A DNA stretch of 64,000 nt from contig ML996694.1 in the NCBI GenBank assembly GCA_010356995.1, forward strand, positions 309,224 to 373,223. The letters are read 5' to 3'. Made by a program: the position numbers and the translations under genes. The notes under the pieces are model-generated. The model was not told the origin of the DNA. It searched no databases and saw only the letters and a program-made list of their open reading frames with translations. Position 1 is the first letter of the stretch, and every line of letters begins with the position of its first letter. This DNA is from Trichodelitschia bisporula. Lineage: Eukaryota. Below, piece after piece: positions 12,803 through 23,888 of the stretch.

Positions 12803-15646
12803 CTAAACCAGCGGCTTCTCCATCGGCGTAATAACCGCCCCCGGCTTAACCAGCACCCTCGGCTTCGTATTCGCTTGGAACGTCTCCTTAACATTCCAAT
12901 CCGGCCCAATCGGCATCCTTATACTCCGCTCATACTCCGCGCGATTGGTAAAGGGGAATGGCAACGTCGACGCGAGGTATCCCGAGTTCTTCTTGACGCG
13001 CTTGTGGCTGATGATTACGTTCTTGAGCTTCGCATCCTTGCGATTCTCCCGCGCGATCCCCTTCTCCGTCCGCACAACCCGCCCCTTGTGCTTTGCCTTC
13101 TCGCGCCGGGACACGCCCTCGCCGACCCAGTTGCCCCAGCCCGGGAGCGTGTCGTCGATTACTTTGTCACCTTCGTCGGCGATGGCGGCTTCTTTCTCGG
13201 CTTCGAAGTCGGCTTCTACGTCGTCGCCGGCGAAGGCACGACGGATGATTTCGCGCTGACTGAGCACGGACTCGGCATCTGAGTTGCCGCCTGCCTCGTC
13301 TTCGTCCTGGTAGTTGACTGTGACCCAGCCGTCGGCGTCGGGGGCGGAGTGTACTTCGCCGGGGAGGAGCTCCGGCTCGGCAGCCTTGCCGGCCTTGACG
13401 GCCGGACCCTTGGCCTTTTGGTTCTTCTTCGGCGCATCCGGCTTCTTCGCCTGCTCGGGCTTCGCAATAACCTCAGCCTTCTTCCCCTTCCCCTTCTTAA
13501 ACGCCTTACCCACCGCGCTCGGCGCGGGATTCGAAGGCGCAACCTCAATCATAGCCGGGAGGTCATCCATCTCAACATCCGACGACCCCTCCGGCTCCTC
13601 GAACTCGTTGCGCGTGGGCTTGACAGCAAGCGGCATCTTAAGCTCGGCCCTAGGACCAAAAATCTTACGCCCAATTGTCTCATCCTCCTCCACCTCCTCG
13701 CTCTCCTCGCCCGCCAACTCGCGCCGCATCCGCTCAACCGCCTCATCATTCTGCGTCTTACGCGCCGCGTCCGCGCGTTTCATGAAATCTAGAGCCCCAA
13801 GACGTGAATACGCCCCATCGTCTTTCGACCCACTGACACGCTCGAGCTGGCGCTGCAAGCTCGCATCCTGATCCGCATCGCTGTCCTCGCCCGACTCCTC
13901 ATCCTCATCACTCGTAACCCCCTCACTCCCCTCCCGCACCTCCTTGCCCTCGATCCTCCGGCGCAACTCCTCATTTTTCCTTGCCATCTCCGTGACACCC
14001 GACCGCGCATCCTCATCCCACACCGAGCGGCCGCTCTTCTTCATCGCCTTCGCCCACTTGCTGTCGCGGTGCTTAGCGCCCATACGCTCCTCCGCACGGC
14101 GACGATCGGCCGTAATCCTATCCTCCTCATCCAACTCGCTGTCACCACCGTCAGCAGCAAACGCATCCCGGTCCATGGCCGCAAGTTTCTCGCGCTCCTT
14201 GCGGTGCACACGGCGGAAAGCCTTACTCTTGATCTTTTTGATGCGGCGGGCGCGGACCTCCTCGCGAAAAAGCAACTCGCGCTGCTTGCGCAGCTCCGCA
14301 CGACGCGCCTGGACTTCCTCCAGCGGCATTTTGTTGGTCTTGAGTTCTTCGAATTCGCGGATCATGTCTTCCTCCTTGTTGGCCGTGCTCTTGGCCAGTC
14401 CGCTTTCCTCGAGGATGCTTTGGATTGTGTTTTCCAGACTCGTGAGCGGAGCGGTGGTGGATGTCGGAAGAAGGTGCTTTGAGCCGCGGGGCTGCGCGAC
14501 TTCGGGATCGACGAGCGGGAAGGTGAGGTGGTCGGCCTTGCGGTTGTGCTTGACGGTATCGACCCATCGCTCGAGCGTCTCCTTAGCCTTCTCATTGGCG
14601 ACAGCGCGGTCGATTTTGTCCTTCTGACGCTTGGGCAGGCTGGGCTCGAGCTTCGGGTCCTTCTTTAGCGGCTTGTGGAGCGTACCGACTTGCTTCGAGA
14701 CGGCCTTGACCTGCGGGTCGGCGGCGGTGGAAACGAAGTCGCGAATGTCGAACTTGTCCTCGCTGACGAGGCCGAAGGCCGACGGCGCGCGTCCTTCGTG
14801 GGTATCGACGCCGCGGAACTTTTGCTTTGCGGATTTGTTGTCTGGGTGGAGGGTTTCGACCAGGCTGTGAAGGCGGGCGAGGTCATCTTCGTCATCAGGC
14901 CCGGCGGCGTCAGACATGGACTCGTCTGATTCCTCATCGCTGGTTTCGTCGTCCGCGTCATCATCTTCGGATTCGGAAGACGCATCGTGCTTTTTTTTGG
15001 AACCATTGCTCTTCTTCCCCTCGTCTTCGCTGTCCTCGTAGGTGTCAAGCATTGTAGCCAGGTCGACAGCATCCTCGCCCAAGCTCTCTTCGTCAGACTC
15101 CTCCTCATCAGCCTCCTCATTAAGATCAAGCTCCTCATCCCCCTTCACCTCAACCTCCTTAACCTTCTTCTTCTTCTTCACCGCCTTCCCCTGACTCTCA
15201 CTCCCCCGAAACGTCCACCCCTCAAACTTCTCCTCATCACTCTCCCCAAACGCCTCATCCGAATCAATATCACTGTCCCCCTCACTATCCACCTGCCCCA
15301 TCGTCCACGTATTCCCCTCACTATCACTCCCCTCATCCACATCCAACTCATCAAACCGTCCCTTCTTCGGTCGTGTCCTAACCTCCTCTTCCTCATCCTC
15401 ATCCTCGTCTTCATCATCACTCCCCCCTCGTCTCCGCTTCCTCATCGACCCAGACGGGCCCCCCTCCGCCTGCCCAAGCCGATTCCGCCGTACCTTAGGC
15501 TTGTCCAGTCCCTGCGCACTAGCAATAGCAAACGCATCAAGCGCCCGCTTCTGAATGCGCGCCCGCTTGCGGCCCGTGGGCTTCGATTTGGCGGTGGCGG
15601 CGGGCTTCGCAGAAGGCAGCGAGCTGCGCGCAATACGAGGCGCCAT
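12803..15646 (-). CDS. UTP14: U3 snoRNA-associated protein Utp14 (SSU processome)
   Basis: 947-aa intronless ORF with KARRIKKIKSK-type motif (RARRIKKIKSKAFRRV), RAEERM, AFAGDDVEADF..EK, TLPGWGNW, LPFPF..YERSIRMPIGPDWN. Confidence 0.95.
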   Translation of the reverse strand: MAPRIARSSLPSAKPAATAKSKPTGRKRARIQKRALDAFAIASAQGLDKPKVRRNRLGQAEGGPSGSMRKRRRGGSDDEDEDEDEEEEVRTRPKKGRFDELDVDEGSDSEGNTWTMGQVDSEGDSDIDSDEAFGESDEEKFEGWTFRGSESQGKAVKKKKKVKEVEVKGDEELDLNEEADEEESDEESLGEDAVDLATMLDTYEDSEDEGKKSNGSKKKHDASSESEDDDADDETSDEESDESMSDAAGPDDEDDLARLHSLVETLHPDNKSAKQKFRGVDTHEGRAPSAFGLVSEDKFDIRDFVSTAADPQVKAVSKQVGTLHKPLKKDPKLEPSLPKRQKDKIDRAVANEKAKETLERWVDTVKHNRKADHLTFPLVDPEVAQPRGSKHLLPTSTTAPLTSLENTIQSILEESGLAKSTANKEEDMIREFEELKTNKMPLEEVQARRAELRKQRELLFREEVRARRIKKIKSKAFRRVHRKEREKLAAMDRDAFAADGGDSELDEEDRITADRRRAEERMGAKHRDSKWAKAMKKSGRSVWDEDARSGVTEMARKNEELRRRIEGKEVREGSEGVTSDEDEESGEDSDADQDASLQRQLERVSGSKDDGAYSRLGALDFMKRADAARKTQNDEAVERMRRELAGEESEEVEEDETIGRKIFGPRAELKMPLAVKPTRNEFEEPEGSSDVEMDDLPAMIEVAPSNPAPSAVGKAFKKGKGKKAEVIAKPEQAKKPDAPKKNQKAKGPAVKAGKAAEPELLPGEVHSAPDADGWVTVNYQDEDEAGGNSDAESVLSQREIIRRAFAGDDVEADFEAEKEAAIADEGDKVIDDTLPGWGNWVGEGVSRREKAKHKGRVVRTEKGIARENRKDAKLKNVIISHKRVKKNSGYLASTLPFPFTNRAEYERSIRMPIGPDWNVKETFQANTKPRVLVKPGAVITPMEKPLV

Positions 15647-15992
15647 ATTTGCGTGGTCTCACGAGTCGAAGTCCGAAATGCGTAAACTTCCGAATTGAGA
15701 TAGCGAAGTGTGTGAATCTGCGTCCGGTGCGTTGTTGTAAAGTCGCTTTGCTGCGTCGTAGTGCAGCAGGTGTTGCAGCTTTCCTCGACCCTCAAATCCG
15801 CCCACAATTTTTCCCACCCGCGCGCCAAGATTTCACCTTTTCCCGTCCGTGCGCACCTCCGACCGCAAGCCGCAACACCGCAGCTCAACACCACACCAAA
15901 GCGCATCACCGATTCCAATCCCACCTCCCATTCTTCCCTCCTTCAACCGAATACCTTACACCTCATATTCTTGCACTGCATCTCCCTCCGCA
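15647..15992. promoter_or_regulatory. Putative bidirectional promoter UTP14/MRPL27
   Basis: Only 346 bp between divergent start codons. Confidence 0.5.
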
Positions 15993-16402
15993 ATGCAGCC
16001 CACAGCCCCCCTCCTCCGCTCCATCCGGCGGCTCCAACTCACCACCAAACAAGCCGGCAAAGACTACTACAAAGGCACGGGCAGCGGATCCATGGGGCGG
16101 CACACGAAGCGCGGCGGGTACGTGGTTGAGTACCGCAAGGTGCGGTCGTATGTGTGTCCGGCGGGGCTTGACAAATTCGAGGTATGGGTTCCCGAGCGAG
16201 GAACTGGGAAATGGAGAGAGGGAGAGATAGCTAACGGGGCGCGCAGTTGACGCCCTTCGTCGCGAAGCAGATCAAGACGGAGAAGTTTACGCTGCCGCTG
16301 GATGAGGAGGGGAATCCGGATCAGAGGATTCAGGAGGAGGGCGGGCCGAAGAGTGGGACGTTGTTTTTGAGGAGGTGGAAGGAGGTGAATGGGCAGTATT
16401 AG
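15993..16402 (+). CDS. MRPL27: Mitochondrial large-subunit ribosomal protein L27 (mL41); intron 16182-16246
   Basis: LTTKQAGKDYYKGTGSGSMGRHTKRGGY..KVRSYVCP, then the spliced exon LTPFV... Intron GTATGG..CTAAC..CAG. Confidence 0.92.
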
Positions 16403-16958
16403 GTGGGGATAGGGGGGATGAGATTATGGTCATGAATGGAAGAAGCTTTCGCGCTGTGGGATATGGACTGTACATTGTGGCGTCGGGATTGGGATATCTC
16501 TATGCCCATTTGATTGCTCGAGGGTGTACAACACGAAATAGCAACTTGGGGGCGCAATCTGGACATCAGACGTCTCACTCGCATAGCGTGCATTGATGAT
16601 CCGAAGCCTTCAGTTCCATTATCGAGCCTAGACGGCATATCACGACCATTCCGTCTACATCCAGTAACAGCGAAAACCCAACCCCATGCCGCGTCTGAAC
16701 AATTTGATAACAGACATCGTCAACCCCAGAGATCCAAACCCACCAGCAAAAGCAACCATGCAGTGAAGACATCCATTTGACTACCGCGCACCGAATTACA
16801 AATGAACAGAAACACCACCATGCCCCCCTAACTCCCTTGCTGTGCACACAAACGCCATGTCAAGATCAATTAGAACCCTGCCGCACGTGCCCATGTCCAC
16901 CCATGAAATCCATACCATCCGAGTTGAAACGCACCACAAAGAACCATGCACTGTCTCG

Positions 16959-17302
16959 CTAGTCCAAGGAATTGCCAGACCGCCGTGCCTTCATCTTCTT
17001 GAACACACAAGGGGAAGCTCCCGTAGGGGGAGGGGCGTATTCCTCAGCGGGGTCCTCCGGCCGATAACGAGCGAAGATCTGCTCCGAGGGCAGAGGCCGA
17101 GCATCGGAGTCATCCGTGGGAGGGGAGCAAGCTACGTAAATTGTTAGTATCTGTCATTTAAGAGCACCCTGACTCAACATACCACGACGACGCTTCTCCA
17201 CGTAACCCTCATCGCCAAACGGATCATCGACTCGAGCACGCTTCAGGGAGTACGTGTAAAATGGACCGGGGTAGGTGACGTGCAATGGGGGAGAGGAAGA
17301 CA
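16959..17302 (-). CDS. Putative alternative 3' coding exons of MLP1 (17183-17302 and 16959-17131)
   Basis: Canonical intron 17132-17182 (GTATGT..TACTAAC..TAG). Acceptor TACTGAC..TAG at 17303. Open frame in phase with the AG|GTGAGG donor at 17432. Confidence 0.6.
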
Positions 17303-17406
17303 CTATTTTCAGTCAGTAATCGTGTCATAAAAGACAGTAGATAAAGCACACCCCAAAACGGTAAAGCAAGAGCCATAGAAGGCAGTAACGAAAAGGTGCC
17401 CGGCAC

Positions 17407-20400
17407 CTATTGTGTCTCTCCATCTCCCTCACCTCTAGCGCGCTTCTCCGCGCTGCCTCCATCCTCGCCCTCACCATCCTCGCGCGCACGCTTGGGAACA
17501 AACTGGCGAGCCCCCGGGTTCATGTTGTTGGCAGCTGGCCCACGCGGGCTGCTAGGAGCACCGGCACCACGACCGCCCGGAACCTGAGTCTGGAGAGGTA
17601 CGGCACCACCACGGCCACCTCTACCACCGCGGCCACGAGGACCCTGCGGAAGGTTGGACCCACGGCCCCCGCCTCCAGCTCCACCCTGCTGATGGGCTTG
17701 CTGCTGGGCGTGGCTCATCTGTTGCTGCACACCAGCTCCACCCTGGGCACCACCGCGACGGCCGCCCATGCCACCAGGACGAGGAATACCTGAGGAAGGT
17801 GCGTTCTGCGCCGCGAGGTTGCGCAGGGCAGCTGGACCGGTGCCAGCCTGAGGCGGACGAATTTGCGACGGCTGCCCGAAAGCAGCCTGCTGTGGCTGGG
17901 AAGGCTGCCCGAAGGCAGGCTGCTGCTGACTAGGCTGGCCAAAGGCCGCCGGCTGTTGACTAGGTTGACCAAAGGCCGCCGGCTTTTGACTAGGCTGACC
18001 AAAGGCCGCTGGCTGCTGACTAGGCTGGCTAGGTTGCCCGAAAGTCGACTGCTGCTGACCGGCCTGAGGTTGAGCCGCCTGCGGGGCGTTATTCGTATTG
18101 CCGAAAGGAGTAGCTTGAGCCGATGCCGGGCCCGTCGGAGGAGCCTGAGCGGGCTGAGCGGGCTGCTGAGGCTGGGCAGGCTGCTGGGGAGCGGCGTCCG
18201 GCCGCATAGCACGAGGCGCCCCGGATTGAAGCGTCTTAGTTTTCGCGGTCTCCCAGACTTCGCCGACGGGAGCCTGGGGATTGGCCTTCGCAACGTGTTC
18301 AACGTAGTCGAGTTTAGACGTAGCAGCCTTGACCTTGTTTTCTGCCATCTGCAGTTTCACGGAGTGGCGCTTAGACTCCATCTGGACCGCATTAGCTTTC
18401 GCTGTTTCTGCTGCCTTCGCTGCTTCTGCAAGCTTGTCGGCCATGGCCTTTTCTTGCTCCTCGCGGATCTTGGCTTCCAAAGATTCTTTCTCCTGGGACA
18501 ACTTTGCTTGGACATTGCGCGTGAGAAGATTTTTGACAACGGGATGTGTGGCGATGAGCTCTTTAAGCTCTTCAGGGCCGGGCGTCCACTTGGTGGGAGG
18601 CGCCGTGCCTTCGGTACTCACTTGCTGCTCCAGATTCCGATTCTCAGCATTCTGCTGGAAGGTGGCCTTCAGCTGCTCAATCTCCGCTGCATGCTCCTCT
18701 TTGAGCTTCTCCATAGCTGCTTCATGCTCTTGCATAATCTGCTTCCGAATTTCTTCTTTGCCATCGTTAAGCTTAGAAGAGAGCTGCTTGCGCATCACGT
18801 CGGCGCGCTTCTGGAAGGTTTCTTCGGCGGCCCGAACCCGCTTGTCGTGTTCGGCATCGAGCGATTCCCGGATGGACTTGATCTTCTCCTCAAGCTGTTC
18901 GGCGATGGACAAGTCTTCAGGATTCTCCGATGCAGAAATACCAGCGGTCGCACGAAGTACCTCGAGTTGCTCATGGGTGGTCTTAAGCTCAGCCACCACC
19001 TGTTGAACATCGGGGTTGGAAAAGGGATCCGCAGATTCCAGCTTGCCGATCTGGTTCCTCAGAGTATCCTGACCAACGTTAGTAACACAAGAGGTCTCAT
19101 TACCATATGTCCTTACCATTTGCTCCTCAAGCTCCCGAATGCGACCCTGGAGAGCCTCTTTCTCAGCGACGAGAGCCTTAGTACGCTCGATTTCTTCTTC
19201 CAGACGGCCCGTAGTAGCCGCAAGCTGATTGCGAAGCCCCACAAGCTCCATAAGCTCCTCTGCGTTGGCCGGAGCGGCATGGTCATCGATCTGACCTTCC
19301 TCGGCAGCATTGACAGTTTCCTGGGCACGAGTAAGGGCCTCGTCGCGAGCAGCCTTTGTCTGCTCCAATTCCTCCTTGACAGCTTCAAGTTCCTGGATGA
19401 GTTGAGCCTTCTCCTTGGAAGCAGCCTCGATCTGCCCATTCTTGTCACGAATGATACCATTCTGTTCGCGGGCCTTGGCCTTTGACTGGTCAATAAGCTT
19501 CGCCCGACGAGTTTCCCACTCAACCTTGCGTTCCTCCCAAACGCGGGCAATCTCTTCCTGAGCATTGGTGATCTGTTGAGGAATGCCATCAACCTGCCCC
19601 TGCAGTTGAACCTTCTCGGCAACCAAGCCATCACGCTCGGTCTCAAGTTCAGAGATGCGGGTCTCGAGATTCTCGAGTTCGGCAACACGGTTCTTGAGAG
19701 CTTCAAGTTCAGCAGGATCCACGCGGTCGTACTTCTGCATGATGTCCTGCGTCCGCTTCTGCCAGCGATCACGATCCTCCTGGATGAGGCGGAGTTCGTT
19801 CTCCTTCGCAGGGAGCTCGTTTTCGAACTGAAGAATACGAGCATGAAGCGGCTCCATCTGTTGCTGGATAACCTCGAGTTCTTGAATCTTAGCCCCAAGC
19901 TGGGCCTTCACTTGAATGGTCTCGCTACGAAGCGCAGCGTTGCTCTCGCGGAACACGTTGAGCTCGTTGAGAGTCTGCACAAGCTTGGTCTGGTTGAGTG
20001 CGTTCTGTTCCCGATCCATCTGAAGTTGGTGCTCCTGGCTCAGCTTCTCACGAACATGGTCGAGCTGAGACTGGGTGCTCTCGAGTTGAGTCTGGAGACG
20101 CTTGTTCTCCTTGACCGCCAGATCATATTGCGCATCGACGATATCCTTCTCTTGACGAAGGAAGCGGATGATCTCCTGAACATTCTCGGGAGCAGTGTCG
20201 GTGTTCGTAGTGGCATCACCTTCGGTAGTGCGATTCTTACGAAGTGCTCCAATCTGTTGGCTGACGTCCTCGAGTTGTTGATGCAGACGACGGTTTTGGA
20301 CAAGAGCCTCTTCGCGACGAAGTTTCAAGTCCGCAATCTCCTGTTCATAGCGGCCCTTGGTTTCCTCCCAGTTCGCTTCGCTCTGGGCCAAGGTGGACTT

Positions 20401-23400
20401 CGCATACTCGGCTTCGGCCTTGAAATTCGCAACTTCGGACTTGAGGTCGTTGAACTCGCCACGAATCTTCTGAACGGTCTTGGAAGCTTCCGCATGCTTG
20501 ACAAGCTCGTTCTCATAGCTCTCCTGAGCCTGACGCGTGATTTCAGCCTGTGCCTTGAGGTCCTCTTGGTGGAGCTTGGAAGTTTCCTCAAGACGCTGAA
20601 CATTGTCCTGCAGACGGGCAACCTCAGTGTCAAGCGCCTGTTTCTGCTGGTTGAACTTGACACTCGACTCCTCGTACTTCGTGCGGATTTCAGACAGTTC
20701 CGCATTGGAAGTGGTGAGCTCGGTGGAGATTTCTTCAACCCGCTTCTGAAGGTCTTGGATCTTAGCGTCCTTTTCGGACGCCGCGCGATCCATCTCCTCT
20801 TGGAGTTGAGTCTGGGTCTCGGTGAAGTTTTGCAACTCGTCCTCAGCAGCCTGGCTGATTTCTTTGTACTGTTCGACGTCCCCGAGCGCTTGGTTGAGCT
20901 CGACCTGCTTAATTTCGAGATCACGCTTGAGATCAGCGATCTCTACGAGCAGCTCCTGCTCCCGGTTTTCGTTGCTCTGTTGGGTACCAGAAGTCAGGCG
21001 AGGCTGGAGAGCCTGGGCCTTCTCTTCAGCATTGCGAAGCTGAATCTTGATTTCGTCCACGTTCGACTGCAACTGGTCACGCTGAGCCTTAGCGGTGGCA
21101 AGCTCTTCACGAGCGCTGCTGAGGCTCCGAAGCAGATCCTGAATCTGCTGTTGATTCTGTTCTTGCTGATACTGGTAGCGCATGGCTGACTTCTTGTTGT
21201 CGTCGGCTTCTTGCTCAAGTTTCTCTTCAGTGCGCTGGAGTTCAGCCTCCAGAGAATCAATGCGCGTCTGCAACCGCTTGCGAGTTTCGGCTTCATCATG
21301 CTCACGCTCGTTCTGGAGGCGCTGAAGATCGGCGATCATCTTGTTCTGACGACCCTGATCCTCACGAAGCTGAGTGTTGTCCTGGGTGAGGCGAGCCTCG
21401 ATGCTCTGCCAGAGATCGCGCGCAGCCTTAAGATTGGCGGATTCGTGACGCAAACTATCCACGAGGGCCTTAGCATCGATGAGTTCCTCGGCAACTTGTT
21501 GAGTCCGAAGATCCTGCTTGGCCGCGAGTTCGGAGAGAGACTGAGAACGCTTCTGAAGCTCGGCATTCTCAGCCTTGAGAGCGTTGTAGTTCGATTGAAG
21601 CAGCTCGTAGCGCTCCATAGACAGAGTTATGTGGCTGCTGATGCGAGCGTGCTCAGCCTGCAGCTCGGCCTTCTCCTTTGCAAGGCGGTCGACTTGCTGC
21701 TTCAGAGTAGCCTGGTCGGTGACAGCTTCCTCACGGAAAGCCTCGAAGTGCGATTTGACCTCCTTCAGGAGCTTCACCTGTTCGGCCAACCCGGCAGCGT
21801 CAAGAGTAGACTCGGTGCTCTGACCGCGCTTGCGGGCAGGAGACTGCGCCAGCATAGCATTCAGGTCTTCACCATCAGCCAGCTTGCGCTCGGCGAGAAC
21901 GCGCTTGAAGATTTCACGCTCGCGGATGTAGGAGTCGAGGCGAATTTGAAGAGATTTGATGGCGTCGGTTTGTTGCGCGTACTTCTCCCGAATTTCCTCA
22001 AGGTCGTGGCGGTCCTGTTCGATCTGGGCCTCGCGAGCCTTCGCCGACTCGCCTTCCTTCTCGTCACAGAGTTCGCGCGTAAAGTGGAGGAGCTTTTCGT
22101 TTTGCGTCATCAGCTCATTGACGTTGTGGAAGATCACAAGATGCTCGTTGATAAACTGCGCAACTTCCGGCAAGTCCTCCTGGTCGCCGCGGAGCTCTTC
22201 GCGAGCAAGCTTATCCAGGTAAACACGCTCGTTGTCGTCGAGAGCCCGAATGCCCCGCTCGCGAGACTCAAGTTCGACCATCAGCACCTTGGATTGCGCA
22301 CTGAAGTCGCGAATCTGTTCACGGAGGATGTTGGCTTCCTTGCGGAAACCTTCGCCCATACCTTGGAATTTGCGGGCATTCTTCTTCGCCTCATCGCGCT
22401 CCTTGTGCGCTGTTTCGATGACAGCAACAAGCTCTTGGACCTCAGCCTTAAGGCGGTCGTTGTCCATGCGCAGTTCATCAAACTCAGGCTGGCGGTTTTC
22501 AAGGTCACTGAGCATCTCATCGATAGTGGCAGTAAGGCGGTCGTTGCGACGACGCTCGATCTCGAGTTCTGCCCTCAGCTTAGAATGTTCACTGACCATG
22601 CGAGTGACACTCTGGGATTTCATTTGCGATCCACCAGGGGAAGAGAAAATGCCAGGAGAGCCCAGACGGGAGGGAGTGCCATAGGCCGTGAATCCGTTCA
22701 CTTCGCGACGCGGGGTGCCAGGGCGAGGAGTGCCAGCCTTCAGGGTGGTAATTTGGTTGTCCAGAGCCTCGATTTGGGTTTCCAGCTCCACGATCTGCTG
22801 GTTGGCAGTGACGCGCTCCTTGCGCTCATCTTCGATCTCGGCTTGAAGGCGGCCAATCTCATCGGCGGCGTCATCCTTCATCTGCTCGTAGGTCGCTTCA
22901 AGTTCGCGCACACGGGCCTGGGCGTCATCTGCCTTCTGCTTCTGCATGTCGAGAAGTCTACGGGCGCTGTCCAGCTCCGCTTGGAAGGATTCGGCGCGGC
23001 GGGCACTGTCTTCCTCCATGGTTTGAATCTTTGCAAAGGCGTCTTCAGCCTTGCGAGAAAGCTCGCTGACCTGGATGCGCAGAGCGCCTTCCGTGCGCTG
23101 GAGAGTTTCGACTAAGCGGGAAGATTCCTCCTGATCGCGCAAAAGTGCAGAGATCTTCGCACTCTTTTCCTTGCGGAACTTGCTAAACTCTTCATTCCGA
23201 CGCTTGAGCTCATCCGAGGTCCACTCGTTGCTCTTCTTGAGAAGTTCTATTTCCTGTTGGAGATTCTGTTCCCGGAACTTCGTGCTCATGGCAGCCGCCT
23301 CCGCTGACTGAAGCTTATCTTCCAGCTGTGAAACTTCGCGACGAAGGGCTTGGATCTTCTGCTGCTGATTGTGAAGTTCTTCCGTGAGCTTGTCGTGGAC

Positions 23401-23888
23401 TGTGGCCTTCGATTCGAGCAATGCAGTGGTGTCGCGATTCGTCTCCTCCAACTGAGAGATACGCGCATGGAGCTGCTGAACCTCGGTGGAGCTGCTGTTC
23501 GAGGCGATCTTCAGCGACTGAAGCTCTGCATCGAGAGTAAGGCGCGCGTTGTCTATCATGGAATCAGCTTGAAATCTTGCCATCAGGAACAGGTGAACAA
23601 ACCTTGCTCAGCGATCTTGTTGCGCAGTTCTTCGACGTCTTTGGTGGATTTCTCCAGGGAGGCCTTCAGCTTCTTTTCGCGATTCTGTCCAGTGCGTACA
23701 AAAGCGTCGAGTTCAATCTCTGAGCGGAGCTTGTTTTGCTCGATCTGCTCGCACTGCCGCAACTTCTCGATGATTTTTGGGAGAAGCTCGAGGATCGCAT
23801 CCTTCGTAGGAGCATCGATGAGGGTAGTGACAAATGTCTGAGGGACTTCGAACGCCGCGGCGACGTAGCCGATGTCGAGAGTCGCCAT
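17407..23888 (-). CDS. MLP1: Nuclear basket coiled-coil nucleoporin Mlp1/TPR; introns 23553-23602 and 19069-19116
   Basis: >2100-aa coiled coil with AQESYENELVKHAE (TPR/MLP1 motif), IRFLRQEKDIVD, ELNVFRESNAALR and DRWQKRTQDIMQKYDRVDP. Low-complexity C-terminus with a KRAR..KRAR NLS. Confidence 0.92.
17863..18042 (-). repeat. Six coding FGQPSQ tandem repeats (~30 nt) in the MLP1 tail
   Basis: FGQPSQPSQQPAAFGQPSQKPAAFGQPSQQPAAFGQPSQQQPAFGQPSQPQQAAFGQPSQ. Confidence 0.9.

Noticed and set aside
17863..23115. Long plus-strand ORFs (540, 537, 634 aa) opposite MLP1, and similar antisense ORFs over UTP14, the Usp gene and KGD1
   Set aside because: These are antisense shadows of codon-biased, GC-rich genes. 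They are Leu-rich with no domain signal.
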